Positions 24,839-35,278 are shown, numbered from the stretch's first letter. The stretch: 64,000 nt of DNA from a virus (IMGVR_UViG_3300046787_000206:1-64000); one strand, 5' to 3'. Notes: a model not told the origin generated them from the letters alone. Numbers and translations: made by a program.

Positions 24839-25836
24839 TGACTAAGAGTCACGCAGGTATAGGAAACTACATAGGTGCCCTTGGTTCCTATGCTACTGGT
24901 GGAAACTTTACACTTAGGTCCGCCCAACAGTTAGCGACTTCGGGTAGCTGGGGAAACATTCAGATTACTGGTGTGCAGTACCTGGTCATTGCTGGTGGTG
25001 GCGGTGGAGGTGCCTTTGGTCAAGGTGGTGGAGGCGGTGCTGGAGGTTACCGTTCATCAGTTACTGGTGAAGCTTCGGGAGGCGGAGCTTCTGCGGAGAG
25101 CACGATTACGCTACTATCTGGCCAGCAGTACACGGTTACCGTTGGTGCTGGAGGTGCTGGGGGTAGCACGGATGGGTCAGTAGGAACTACTGGGAGCTCA
25201 TCTGTACTGGCAACTATAACCTCCCTCGGTGGTGGTGGTGGTGGCTCTGGAGCAAATACTGGCCTAACTGGTGGTTCTGGTGGTGGTGGTGGTGGTGCCA
25301 ACGGTGGTGCAGGAACATCGGGTCAAGGTTACCGAGGCGGTAATCAGACTGGCGCTGGCGGAAGTAACTACCCTTACACCTGGCGTACTGCTGGCGGTGG
25401 CGGTTCTGGTGGCCAAGGTGCTGACGGAAGCTACGACTCTGGTGGCCGTACAGGTGGTGCGGGAACTACTTCAAGTATTACTAGCTCCTCAGTAACTCGT
25501 GCTGGTGGTGGAGGTGGTTCTGGTAGCCCTAACTCTACTGGTGCAGGTCAAGCAGGTGGCGGTGACGGAGCTAAGGTAGGTGAGCCGTTTGCTTGCTGTA
25601 ACTCTAACGCTACTGCAGGAACTGCAAACACTGGCGGCGGTGGCGGCGGTGGTGGTAACTACAACTATGACCGAACAGCTAACCTAGTAGGCCAAGCAGG
25701 TGGTTCAGGAGTCGTAGTACTTAGGTACTCAACTTCATTTCCAGCAGCGGCTGCTACAACTGGCTCCCCAACGTACACCGTATCTGGTGGTTACAGAATC
25801 TACCAGTGGAACGCCTCTGGCTCTATAACTTGGTAA
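24838..25836 (+). CDS. Glycine-rich domain protein (copy 2)
   Basis: YLVIAGGGGGG...GGSGVVVLRY. Confidence 0.8.
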   Translation: MTKSHAGIGNYIGALGSYATGGNFTLRSAQQLATSGSWGNIQITGVQYLVIAGGGGGGAFGQGGGGGAGGYRSSVTGEASGGGASAESTITLLSGQQYTVTVGAGGAGGSTDGSVGTTGSSSVLATITSLGGGGGGSGANTGLTGGSGGGGGGANGGAGTSGQGYRGGNQTGAGGSNYPYTWRTAGGGGSGGQGADGSYDSGGRTGGAGTTSSITSSSVTRAGGGGGSGSPNSTGAGQAGGGDGAKVGEPFACCNSNATAGTANTGGGGGGGGNYNYDRTANLVGQAGGSGVVVLRYSTSFPAAAATTGSPTYTVSGGYRIYQWNASGSITW

Positions 25837-25866
25837 CAAAAATTATTTAGAAAGTATTGGTGCAAG

Positions 25867-26649
25867 ATGCCGAATGGTGGAATTATAGGCCCAGCTAATG
25901 CCATCAGTGGCGGTGTAGCAAGAGGAATTTGGAGACTAGAGGAAGAGTACTCTGCTATTAAGGCAGCTACTTGGCCAATGCCGTTCTCTATAATCACCTC
26001 AGGATTGATTTTAAACTTAGATGCGGGGAATACGGCCTCGTATCCAGGTTCAGGAACTACCTGGACTGACCTAAGCGGGAATGGGTACCACGGAACCCTA
26101 GTTAATGGGCCCACGTACAGCTCCTCGGGGAGCGGCAGCATTGTTTTTGATGGGATTGACGACTACGTTTCTGGAACCCTGCCTTCGACCGCTGTAACCA
26201 ACATCACTCTTCAGGGCTGGGTAAACGTACAGCCTGGTCGTAAAGGTCCGTTCTTTCGTTTCGGCAGCAATAACGGAGGCTATTCTATCGGTCAGGGCTC
26301 GTCCTACTACACTCAAACAGGGCAAGAGATTGTAATACTGTTCTCGGCTATACGATGGATAAGCACAGGCGTTAACTGGGATACTGGTTGGCAAATGGTT
26401 ACTCTGGTGTTGGATTCGTCAGGTATCCCTAGCGCCTATAAAAATGGTACTTTAATAGGTAGTTACTCAGGGGCAACCTCTAGTGCGCCATCGGGGTCTT
26501 ACGAGCTCGCTAGAGTAATTGGTGATGAGCCAGGAGGCGGTGGACCTTGGACAGGTAACGCATCAACCTTTTGGGCGTATAACCGAGCGTTATCTTCTAC
26601 GGAAATTACTCAAAACTTCAACACAACTCGTGGCCGCTTCGGTATCTAA
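25867..26649 (+). CDS. LamG/concanavalin-like lectin domain protein
   Basis: GLILNLDAGN..SYPGSGTTWTDLSGNG, YNRALS..EITQNF. Confidence 0.8.
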   Translation: MPNGGIIGPANAISGGVARGIWRLEEEYSAIKAATWPMPFSIITSGLILNLDAGNTASYPGSGTTWTDLSGNGYHGTLVNGPTYSSSGSGSIVFDGIDDYVSGTLPSTAVTNITLQGWVNVQPGRKGPFFRFGSNNGGYSIGQGSSYYTQTGQEIVILFSAIRWISTGVNWDTGWQMVTLVLDSSGIPSAYKNGTLIGSYSGATSSAPSGSYELARVIGDEPGGGGPWTGNASTFWAYNRALSSTEITQNFNTTRGRFGI

Positions 26650-26690
26650 GTAGCCCAATAAAACTTTTAGTAAGAAGGTAAAATCGACTT

Positions 26691-27929
26691 ATGGCTATTG
26701 ACTTTCCTAACTCCCCAACAGCAGGGGATACTTATACCGTAAATGGTAAGACTTGGTCTTACACGGGCTCCCGTTGGGAGAATGTAGTCACGTCTTTAAC
26801 AAAGGCCGTAAGAAATGTCAGCGCAGACACTGCGCTAGCCTCTGGCGATAAAAACCAAATCGTTAGATTTACAGGCTCTTCTGCTCAGACTCTTACAGTA
26901 AACAATGTTTTGTCTGCAGGAGACTCCACTAGTGTATTTCAGGATGGCACGGGAGCAGTAAATCTTACTGCTGGCTCTGGCGTGACTCTGATGAGCCCAG
27001 CTACGTTTGCTACCAGAAAACAATACTCTAAAGTAGACATTAACTGCGTAGCGTCGGGCCAATACCGACTTTCAGGAGACCTGGTCACTGGTGCTACCGT
27101 AACTGGCGGAACACTGACCTCAGACTCAACCTATTACTACCGCACTTTTACTGGTAACGGCACGCTTCTAGTTGAAAATGCTGGATTGGCTGTAGACATT
27201 CTTGTCATCGCTGGCGGAGGCTCTGGTGGTGCTGGAACTGGTGGTGGTGGTGGTGCTGGTGGTCTAATTAACATCTCAGGTTACCCACTTACCGCATCTT
27301 CATACACAGTAACTATTGGTGCTGGTGGCACAAATGACTCGGTAGACATCGGAACCTCTGGAGTTAACACCACCGTTAGTAACGGGGCCAGAACCCTTAC
27401 TGCTCTAGGTGGCGGTTACGGTGGTTCCTCTGAAACTGGGTCACCTGGACCAACTTTCAACGCTGCAAGTGGTGGCTCAGGCGGTGGTGCCCAAGGATAC
27501 TACGCTGGAAACACTACTCCAGGCTCGGCAACACAGCCGTCTACAACTAATGACGGCGTAGCAACTTACGCTACTACAGGTTTTGGTAACGCTGGAGGCT
27601 CTCCAAACACAATTCCACAAGGCCACTCTGGTGGTGGTGGTGGTGCTGGTGCCGCAGGTGCTAACGGAACTACGGGTGCTGGTGGTGCGGGTCTACAGCT
27701 AAGCATCTCAGGAACTGCTCAATGGTATGCAGCTGGAGGTTCTGGTGGCGCAAACGGAACAACTTCAACAAATGGCATAGGTGGTTACCACGTATCTCCT
27801 AGCGGCACCGCAGGTGCCACTAACACAGGCTCAGGTGGCGGTGGTGGATACGGTCACGCTGACGGATTTGGTGGCGCTGGTGGTTCTGGAATCGTTATTG
27901 TTCGCTACCTCAGAACGGCGGTTGTATAA
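26691..27929 (+). CDS. IDFPNSPT-domain plus glycine-rich domain protein (copy 3)
   Basis: Modular fusion; TAAAAT box 6 nt upstream (leaderless). Confidence 0.8.
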   Translation: MAIDFPNSPTAGDTYTVNGKTWSYTGSRWENVVTSLTKAVRNVSADTALASGDKNQIVRFTGSSAQTLTVNNVLSAGDSTSVFQDGTGAVNLTAGSGVTLMSPATFATRKQYSKVDINCVASGQYRLSGDLVTGATVTGGTLTSDSTYYYRTFTGNGTLLVENAGLAVDILVIAGGGSGGAGTGGGGGAGGLINISGYPLTASSYTVTIGAGGTNDSVDIGTSGVNTTVSNGARTLTALGGGYGGSSETGSPGPTFNAASGGSGGGAQGYYAGNTTPGSATQPSTTNDGVATYATTGFGNAGGSPNTIPQGHSGGGGGAGAAGANGTTGAGGAGLQLSISGTAQWYAAGGSGGANGTTSTNGIGGYHVSPSGTAGATNTGSGGGGGYGHADGFGGAGGSGIVIVRYLRTAVV

Positions 27930-28528
27930 TGGCTATTGATTTTCCTAACTCCCCAACGCTAAACCAAACGCACTCAGTATCTGGTCGCACATGGACTTGG
28001 AACGGCACTACCTGGGATACTCAAACAGCCGCTGCTGGTAAATACCTTGTATCTGATACGGCCCCATCTAGCCCTACTACTGGAGATTCGTGGTTTGACT
28101 CCGTTTCAGGTAAGTTCTTCATCTACTACGACAGTTACTGGGTAGAGTTCGGCACCTCTTCAGGGCCTACTGGAGCTGCGGGCACTAACGGTACCAATGG
28201 AACTAACGGTACCAATGGTGTTGATGGAGGCTTTAACTCAGCACAGACTATAGACAGCAAGTCTGCTGCTTATACCCTTGTATCTGGTGACGCTGGCAAA
28301 CTGATTACCAACTCGGCTGCGGTCACCATTACTGTGCAGGGACTGTCTGTAGGTCAGCAGGTTGACTTCTTGCAGACTAACGCCTCGCAGTTTACGTTTA
28401 CCGCAGGTGCGGGTATGACTTTGGTGTCTAAAGGCTCAAAGCTAAAGACCTCCGCCCAATACTCCCCTGCAACTATTAAGTGCATCGCTACTAACTCATA
28501 CGTTCTTATCGGAGACTTGGCTGCGTAA
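27929..28528 (+). CDS. IDFPNSPT-domain fibre protein with GTN repeat
   Basis: YDSYWVE module, GTNGTNGTNG, ...VLIGDL C-terminus. Confidence 0.75.
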   Translation: MAIDFPNSPTLNQTHSVSGRTWTWNGTTWDTQTAAAGKYLVSDTAPSSPTTGDSWFDSVSGKFFIYYDSYWVEFGTSSGPTGAAGTNGTNGTNGTNGVDGGFNSAQTIDSKSAAYTLVSGDAGKLITNSAAVTITVQGLSVGQQVDFLQTNASQFTFTAGAGMTLVSKGSKLKTSAQYSPATIKCIATNSYVLIGDLAA

Positions 28529-28989
28529 TGGCTTGGTCTGCAGGATTAGTAGGTGCCGCAGGGGCTAGTTTAACCAACCTTGTAGTATTTGACGCTACAA
28601 CGGGCCCTAATAGCTCCGTCACTGGTGGCTGGCACTATGAGCACTGGGATGGTGGAACCCAGGTTTCTATTGGAACAAGCTCCACTGCGGTGTACACCTA
28701 CGCACCATACTGGTCTAACGGTGCTGCGGTTGCCAATAACAACATTGACACTACTGGCGCTGTCTCAGTCACAGTAGAAGTTGAAGGTAACGCAGCTTCG
28801 TATGGATACGCTGGTGTGAGCTTCCCTGGTGGAGGAATCACGGTCGTTGCTGACGGAAGCATAAACAGCCGTCCTAGGACAACCTTAACGGGGGCGGTAA
28901 CTAACGGTGGTGTTGGAAAGCTTAACTTCTGGGCCGCTAACACCTATAACTACTGCTACCTCTACAAGGTAGTAATTAACTATGTTTAA
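28528..28989 (+). CDS. Beta-rich hypothetical protein, possible receptor-binding domain
   Basis: 153 aa, aromatic-rich, coupled. Confidence 0.6.
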   Translation: MAWSAGLVGAAGASLTNLVVFDATTGPNSSVTGGWHYEHWDGGTQVSIGTSSTAVYTYAPYWSNGAAVANNNIDTTGAVSVTVEVEGNAASYGYAGVSFPGGGITVVADGSINSRPRTTLTGAVTNGGVGKLNFWAANTYNYCYLYKVVINYV

Positions 28990-29035
28990 ACTCAATAACT
29001 TCTGTAAAATGAAGACAATCTAAGGAGAAACAACT

Positions 29036-29386
29036 ATGGCTCACTGGGCTGAACTTGATGAAAATAACGTCGTCCTACGGGTACTAGTAGGAGACAACAA
29101 CGACCCTAATGGTGACGAAGGTTACCAGTGGTTGGTTGACAACCTTGGTGGAACCTGGGTTAAGACCTCGTACAACGCTACTATCCGTAAGAACTACGCA
29201 GGTATCGGCTACGTCTTTGATGAAGAGCGTGATGCGTTTCTTCCTCCTAAGCCATACGATTCATGGATTCTAGACGAAGAGACTGCTCGCTGGTACGCCC
29301 CTGTAGAACGCCCTGCCGATGACGGCTTCTACGAATGGGATGAAGAGACCCTTAGCTGGGTAGCTTTTGAGGCCCCTGCGGTATAG
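29036..29386 (+). CDS. Fibre-associated protein (MAHWAELD type)
   Basis: KTSYN..RKNYAGIGY..D.ERDAF.PPKP motif; AAGGAG RBS. Confidence 0.75.
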   Translation: MAHWAELDENNVVLRVLVGDNNDPNGDEGYQWLVDNLGGTWVKTSYNATIRKNYAGIGYVFDEERDAFLPPKPYDSWILDEETARWYAPVERPADDGFYEWDEETLSWVAFEAPAV

Positions 29387-29406
29387 TCGCAGGGTAAACT
29401 TGTTAC

Positions 29407-29730
29407 ATGCCCGCTATTGACTTTCCTAATGACCCTACCGCAGGGCAGGCCTTTACCTCTAACGGTAAGACTTGGATTTGGAGCGGAAGCATTTGGGCAC
29501 TCCGTACCACTACCGCTCAGCTAACTGCGTATGACATTGCCGTTAACAACGGTTTTGTGGGCACCGAAGCTCAGTGGCTAACTTCTCTTAGAGGGGCTAC
29601 GGGAGCTACGGGCGCTGCTGGGCCTCAGGGCCCTGCAGGAAACCTGTACGGTAATCTTGACGGTGGAGCGTCTAACAGCACTTACGGCGGGCTTACAGCC
29701 ATCTCTGGCGGAAACTGGAACGGTGTCTAA
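29407..29730 (+). CDS. IDFPN-domain protein with collagen-like repeat
   Basis: AYDIAV.NGF.GTE.QWL.SL.G, GATGATG; leaderless TAAACT box. Confidence 0.75.
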   Translation: MPAIDFPNDPTAGQAFTSNGKTWIWSGSIWALRTTTAQLTAYDIAVNNGFVGTEAQWLTSLRGATGATGAAGPQGPAGNLYGNLDGGASNSTYGGLTAISGGNWNGV

Positions 29731-30302
29731 TGGCAGTTCAAATACAATGGCGTCGTGATACAGCAGCTAACTGGACTGCTAACAACCCTACTCTTGCTCA
29801 GGGTGAACCTGCTTACGAGACCGACACAAACAAATTCAAGATTGGTAACGGCTCAACCGCTTGGAACTCTCTTGCTTACGGCGGCCTTTCAGGCGTAATG
29901 AACAGCCCAATCATTACAGGTGCGGGACAAGAAACTATCGCAATTCGCCCCGTATCATTTGCTGGTTCAAATGTCGACTTGTCATATGGGGCGGTCCACT
30001 ACTTCATATCAAATGCCACGGCTAATGGCGCTATAAACATTCGTTATAGCTCCACCGTTTCTCTAAACTCTTTTATGGCAGTCAATACCTCTGTGTCTAT
30101 CATCCTGGACATCACTAACGGTTCAACTGCTTACTACCCGACTAGCTTCACTATCGACGGTACTTCTGTAACCCCTAAGTGGAACGGTGGCACAGCCCCT
30201 ACTAGTGGAAACGCTTCTTCTATTGACCGCTACGCAATCACTATCGTGAAGACAGCCTCAGCAACTTATACCGTATACGCAACTCAAGTTAAATTCGCCT
30301 AG
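29730..30302 (+). CDS. Protein with Mtd N-terminal-like domain
   Basis: IQWRRDTAANWTANNPTLAQGE..YETDTNKFKIGNG.TAWNSL.Y. Confidence 0.8.
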   Translation: MAVQIQWRRDTAANWTANNPTLAQGEPAYETDTNKFKIGNGSTAWNSLAYGGLSGVMNSPIITGAGQETIAIRPVSFAGSNVDLSYGAVHYFISNATANGAINIRYSSTVSLNSFMAVNTSVSIILDITNGSTAYYPTSFTIDGTSVTPKWNGGTAPTSGNASSIDRYAITIVKTASATYTVYATQVKFA

Positions 30303-30311
30303 GAGTAACAC

Positions 30312-31670
30312 ATGCCATTTTTGGGTGTCGCTGGTCTTGGCGGACTTTTTGCGTTTCTGAAAGCTGAATCAAAGCCAACTGATGTATTTGGTGGGGTTCT
30401 TTCTGAAGACTCAACTTATTTTTATCGTACCTTTCGTGGCAGCGGCTCTTTTACAGTAACTGGAGGAACTCTGGCTGCTGATGTGCTTGTTATCGCAGGC
30501 GGTGGTGGCGGTCAGGGTGGCGGCGGCGGCGCTGGAGGCCTTCAAGGATTCCTTTCTCAAAAGTTAACTCCGACTTCGTACACAGTTACTGTTGGTTCTG
30601 GTGGCGCTAATAACGCATCAGGAACTAATTCTCAGTTTGGTAGTTTGACCGCATCTGTAGGTGGCGGCTATGGCGGTTCATGGCAGCAAGCATCGGGTGG
30701 TTCTGGCGGTTCTGGTGGAGGTGGTGCTGGTACACAAAACTCTAGCAATGCTACTGGTGGCGCTGGAACTGCTGGCCAAGGAAACGTAGGTGGTGGCGGT
30801 TGGACTGGAGGCGCTTCTCCGCTTGGTGGTGGCGGTGGTGGTGGTGCGGGCAGTGCAGGAACAACTGCTACTAGCACAACTGGTCAACCAGGCGGAAACG
30901 GTGTAGCCACGTACTCTTCTTGGCATACTGCTACTGGTACAGGGGTATCGGGATACATCGCTGGTGGCGGTGGCGGTGGCGGTTCAGCCGCAGGTTCTGC
31001 GGGCGGCTCTGGCGGTGGCGGTACAGGTAACTATGGCTCTCCTACTGCAGGTGCAAGTAATACAGGCTCAGGCGGTGGAGGTTCCTATACTGTTAGTGGA
31101 GGTGCTGGAGGTTCTGGTATTGTCATTGTGCGCTATGAAAAAACAGCTGTGCAAGCGTCTACTAGTGCTTATGAGCTTATTGGAACTATTTCTCTAACCT
31201 CTGCACAAACGTCAGTAACTTTTTCTGGAATTCCTGGTAGCTATAAGCACCTGCAGGTAAGGATGCTAACTAGAAGTGATTTTGGTAGCACAAGCGACGC
31301 TCTGAATATACAAGTAAATGGAGATACAACTGCTTCATATAGCCGCCACTGGCTTGAAGGTAACGGCTCTAGTGTTGGCGGATTTGTTGACACCTCTGCC
31401 ACTAAAGCCTGGCTGGGCCGAACTGTTGCGGATGGAAATACAGCAAATGTTTACACTCCCTGGATTGTCGACATTTTGGACTACGCACAAACAAATAAAA
31501 ATACCACGATACGCAGCTTTAGTGGCAATGTGGTAGGCACAATTAACTATGTGACATTTGCATCGGGGCTTTGGTATAAAACACCTGCGGTTACATCGTT
31601 GACATTCTTAAACAATACTGGTGGATATAAATCTGGTTCACGCTTTTCACTTTATGGGATACGAGGTTAG
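30312..31670 (+). CDS. Glycine-rich domain (copy 4) fused to a C-terminal beta-sandwich (..FSLYG) domain
   Basis: Two recognisable modules. Confidence 0.8.
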   Translation: MPFLGVAGLGGLFAFLKAESKPTDVFGGVLSEDSTYFYRTFRGSGSFTVTGGTLAADVLVIAGGGGGQGGGGGAGGLQGFLSQKLTPTSYTVTVGSGGANNASGTNSQFGSLTASVGGGYGGSWQQASGGSGGSGGGGAGTQNSSNATGGAGTAGQGNVGGGGWTGGASPLGGGGGGGAGSAGTTATSTTGQPGGNGVATYSSWHTATGTGVSGYIAGGGGGGGSAAGSAGGSGGGGTGNYGSPTAGASNTGSGGGGSYTVSGGAGGSGIVIVRYEKTAVQASTSAYELIGTISLTSAQTSVTFSGIPGSYKHLQVRMLTRSDFGSTSDALNIQVNGDTTASYSRHWLEGNGSSVGGFVDTSATKAWLGRTVADGNTANVYTPWIVDILDYAQTNKNTTIRSFSGNVVGTINYVTFASGLWYKTPAVTSLTFLNNTGGYKSGSRFSLYGIRG

Positions 31671-31673
31671 TCC

Positions 31674-32171
31674 ATGGCAGACGCATTAGTACAGTTGGCT
31701 ACTATCACCCTTACATCTGCGCAGTCTTCGGTGGTGTTTTCTAACATACCTACAAATGGATTTAAGGATTTACACCTTGTCTGTAAGCTGGGAGTATCTA
31801 GCGCCAACGGTGGTGGATTTATTTTTAATAATGACACTACTAGTGGAAACTACTCTTGGGTTCAAATGCTTGGTAGTGGCTCGTCTACCTTATCTAACTC
31901 AGGTGCTCTAGCTAACAATAGTATGGCTATTTCACCAAACTACAACTTACCTACATCTTTAAGTTTAAATTTTACAATGGACATTATGGATTACTCTGCG
32001 ACTGATAGACATAAGACTATGATTTGGCGAGCAGACGACGCAGCTCAAAATACCCTAGCGATTGTTGGGCGCTGGGCAAGCACGAATGCCATTACTAAAA
32101 TTGACTTGTCAGCTAACGTCACTACCTGGCTTGCTGGAAGCACCTTCTCTTTGTACGGAGTAGTAGCGTGA
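31674..32171 (+). CDS. Stand-alone ..FSLYG beta-sandwich domain protein
   Basis: Paralog of domains in both flanking genes. Confidence 0.75.
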   Translation: MADALVQLATITLTSAQSSVVFSNIPTNGFKDLHLVCKLGVSSANGGGFIFNNDTTSGNYSWVQMLGSGSSTLSNSGALANNSMAISPNYNLPTSLSLNFTMDIMDYSATDRHKTMIWRADDAAQNTLAIVGRWASTNAITKIDLSANVTTWLAGSTFSLYGVVA

Positions 32172-33565
32172 GTTATACCTTAATTTCTACACAGACTGTC
32201 GGAGCTGGTGGAGCTGCAAGCATTGATTTTACAAGCATTCCTCAGACTTACACTGATTTGATTGTTGTCTTTTCTCTACGAGGAACAGTGTCTGCGGGAG
32301 TTAGCAACGTAAAGCTTACATTTAATGGTTCAACAACAGGCTATTCTGGTAGAACACTTATGGGCTTTGGCTCTGGAGCAGGTTACTCTGAAACAAACGT
32401 TGACCAGTATTCAACTCCGTGGCCTTTTATCAATCTTTATGCCAATGTCGGCAGCACATCTACAGCCAGCACCTTTTCAAATGGTTCACTATTAGTGCCT
32501 AATTATACGGGAAGCGCTAATAAGTCTGTAAGCATCGATTGGGTAAATGAGACTAATGCGACTGCAGCTTGGTCTGGTATTAACGCAGGGCTCTGGTCTA
32601 ACACCTCAGCAATTACCTCACTCAGTCTCGGTGCCTACTCTGGAAACTTTGTGCAATACTCAACCGCATCACTTTACGGTATAAACCGTATTCCTACAGC
32701 TACTCTAGGAACTACTCCTACAGTTGACTACCTGGTAGTCGCTGGTGGAGGTACTGGCGGAGGCTATGTAGGTGGTGGCGGTGGAGCTGGCGGTCTTCTA
32801 ACTGGTTCGGCTTTTTCCGTTGCTTCAGGCTCACCTATTACCATCACCGTAGGTGCGGGTGGTGCAGGTGGCGCTGGCTCGGTCAGCAATGGTAGCAGCT
32901 CTACCTTCAGCTCAGTAACTGCCGTTGGTGGTGGACGTGGTGGTCAGGGTGGTGGCGGTGGCCAAGGTCCCGCAACCTCTGGTGGTTCAGGCGGTGGTGG
33001 TGGTTCGTCTACAGCTTCACCATCGACGCTGGTTGGTGGTGCTGGAACTTCTGGTCAAGGATTTGCTGGCGGTAATTCTGGAGGCATGGGTGGCTCGTAT
33101 CCATCTGGTGGTGGTGGTGGAGCTGCTGCAGTAGGAGTATCTCCAGCATCGACTAGTACAGGCGGTGGAAACGGTGGGGCGGGTGCAGTTAGCACTCTTA
33201 CTGGTACTACTATGTACTACGCAGGTGGTGGCGGTGGAGCTAACTCTAACGCTAGCGTTTACTTGCCTGGAACTGGTGGTCTTGGTGGTGGAGGAAATGG
33301 TGCACTGCATAGCAACGCCGATGGTTCGGTGGTTACTCCTGCTACAGCTGGACTAGCAAACACTGGCGGTGGCGGCGGTGGCGGAGGCTCTGCGGTCGGT
33401 AGTGGTAGCTCAAATACTTCTCTAAGTGGTGGTTCTGGTGTGGTTATTATCCGCTACCCAGATACTTACAACCCACCTTCAGCTACTACAGGTTCCCCAT
33501 CTGTCAAGTACATCAATGGTTACAGGGTGTATACCTGGACCGCATCTGGTTCAATTACTTTCTAG
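32168..33565 (+). CDS. ..SLYG domain fused to glycine-rich domain (copy 5)
   Basis: Same modules as 30312..31670 in reverse order. Confidence 0.8.
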   Translation: MSYTLISTQTVGAGGAASIDFTSIPQTYTDLIVVFSLRGTVSAGVSNVKLTFNGSTTGYSGRTLMGFGSGAGYSETNVDQYSTPWPFINLYANVGSTSTASTFSNGSLLVPNYTGSANKSVSIDWVNETNATAAWSGINAGLWSNTSAITSLSLGAYSGNFVQYSTASLYGINRIPTATLGTTPTVDYLVVAGGGTGGGYVGGGGGAGGLLTGSAFSVASGSPITITVGAGGAGGAGSVSNGSSSTFSSVTAVGGGRGGQGGGGGQGPATSGGSGGGGGSSTASPSTLVGGAGTSGQGFAGGNSGGMGGSYPSGGGGGAAAVGVSPASTSTGGGNGGAGAVSTLTGTTMYYAGGGGGANSNASVYLPGTGGLGGGGNGALHSNADGSVVTPATAGLANTGGGGGGGGSAVGSGSSNTSLSGGSGVVIIRYPDTYNPPSATTGSPSVKYINGYRVYTWTASGSITF

Positions 33566-33575
33566 GAGATAAATA

Positions 33576-33809
33576 ATGACTGAAATTCTAACTAAGGCCG
33601 TATGGAATGGCGACACTGGCGAGACTGAGATTGTCCCGCTTAGTGCAGAAGAGCTAGCTCAGCGTGAGCTGGACATCGCTGCTGCAGCTACTGCAGAAGA
33701 AGAGCGTTTAGCGGCTATTGCTGCTGAAGAGCTCGCTAAGGCTGATGCTATTGCTGAGCTAAAGGCTCTAGGCCTAAGCGACGCTGCTATCGCAGCCCTT
33801 ACTAAATAG
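33576..33809 (+). CDS. Small helical protein, possible fibre assembly factor
   Basis: LKALGLSDAAIAAL C-terminus; AGGAG RBS. Confidence 0.65.
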   Translation: MTEILTKAVWNGDTGETEIVPLSAEELAQRELDIAAAATAEEERLAAIAAEELAKADAIAELKALGLSDAAIAALTK

Positions 33810-33855
33810 GCTTACCTGGCTGCAGGTAGGAACACAAAACCCCGACAAGGTTAAG

Positions 33856-33887
33856 GTAATGGCCCCGTTTAATTATGGGGCCATTAC
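33856..33887 (+). terminator. Hairpin
   Basis: GTAATGGCCCC/GGGGCCATTAC. Confidence 0.55.
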
Positions 33888-33946
33888 TCATTTAGCCCGC
33901 AATCTACCCTGCGATAAGGGAAAATAGAACTCTACGGAGGTTTCTC

Positions 33947-35278
33947 TTGCCAGGTTCAGTAAAAATTAGTGGTGCTCAGCGCACTGTCGCTGCCCCTTAC
34001 GTAAAAGTAAATGGTACTTGGCGTACTGCAAGCATTGCTTACACTAAGGTAGCTGGAACTTGGCGTCAGTGGTATGCCGCTAGCATTACTGATGACTTTA
34101 ACCGTGCAGATGCAGCTTCCCTTGGGACCGTAAGTAACGGAGTTACCTCCTGGACAAATACTAGAGGCACATGGGCAATCGTATCCAATGCTGCTGTTGG
34201 TTCTGGAACTACTCCGCTAGCCTCTGTAACTAACCCGCTGCAGTCTTCTAACTACGAGCTAAAGCTAGACCTACCGTCTGGCTCAGGCTCAGGCCTTGCC
34301 TTCTGGGTGACAGACGCAGACAACTGGTACGGCGTAGTAAGCGGAGCTACAAGCACAACTACTTACTCTTGCCCTAATGGCGGAACACTATCAGGCACTA
34401 CCTGTAGTGGTACCAGTACCTATGCGGCTAGCTCTTCTACTACCACTGTCTCAGACCCTATGTACTACAGCTGTCCATCAGGCGGCTCACTAAGCGGCAC
34501 TACTTGTTACACCACCAGTACTTATGGCGCTCAGATTAACTGTTCTGGCCCGTACTACTACAACCCTGGCGGCTCTAGTACCTACAACGCAGGCCCAGCA
34601 ACCTACAGCGGCGATACCTTTGCTAAGTCTAGCGGCGGCAATTGCGCTAACTGCAGTTCAGGCCAAAACTGTTACAGCGGAGGCTGCTACAACCGTGGGT
34701 ACTACTGGTGTCCTGGTGGCGGTGTCGCTATTAACATGGACTGCTACATAACTACCACCACTCCTGCAGGGTGCAGTTCTGGTAGCCAAGGCACCCCTTG
34801 TGGTAGCGGTTGCTACAGCTACAGCTACAGCTGCCCATCTGGCGGAACTCTAAGCGGCAGCACCTGTACTGCTAACGGCTCGTACTCAGCACAGGCTAAT
34901 TATCCAACTCACCAAGAGACCACTTACTCTTGCAACTCTGGGGACACTCTTAACGGGACTACCTGTACTCACCCATTCTCGTACTCAGCCACTGGCACCA
35001 CCGTTTACGATTACTTCTACAAGGTAGTTCGCATGGCTGCTGGAACCCTGTCTACTTTGGTTCAGTACACAACTCCATCAAGAGTTGCTAGTCTTAAAGT
35101 ATCCACCTCTAATAGCTCTATTACAGCAGTTGCCTACACGGGAGCAGCTCAGACAGGTACTGTTATAACAAATAGTTATACAGCTACGTCTCCTGCTCTT
35201 ACAGCGGTTGCTGGAATTGTTGGAGTAGGAGCTGGGTACCAATCAAGCAACACCGTGGATAACTTCAACCTTAAGTAG
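33947..35278 (+). CDS. Cysteine-rich fibre-like protein with YSCPSGGTLSGxTC repeats
   Basis: 18 Cys, four clear repeats; GGAGG RBS before TTG. Confidence 0.75.
   Translation: MPGSVKISGAQRTVAAPYVKVNGTWRTASIAYTKVAGTWRQWYAASITDDFNRADAASLGTVSNGVTSWTNTRGTWAIVSNAAVGSGTTPLASVTNPLQSSNYELKLDLPSGSGSGLAFWVTDADNWYGVVSGATSTTTYSCPNGGTLSGTTCSGTSTYAASSSTTTVSDPMYYSCPSGGSLSGTTCYTTSTYGAQINCSGPYYYNPGGSSTYNAGPATYSGDTFAKSSGGNCANCSSGQNCYSGGCYNRGYYWCPGGGVAINMDCYITTTTPAGCSSGSQGTPCGSGCYSYSYSCPSGGTLSGSTCTANGSYSAQANYPTHQETTYSCNSGDTLNGTTCTHPFSYSATGTTVYDYFYKVVRMAAGTLSTLVQYTTPSRVASLKVSTSNSSITAVAYTGAAQTGTVITNSYTATSPALTAVAGIVGVGAGYQSSNTVDNFNLK

Noticed and set aside
29730-30302. Possible diversity-generating retroelement (Mtd-like domain)
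   Set aside because: Only the N-terminal Mtd-like motif is present; no reverse transcriptase and no adenine-specific TR/VR pair seen; the 50-bp repeat is identical
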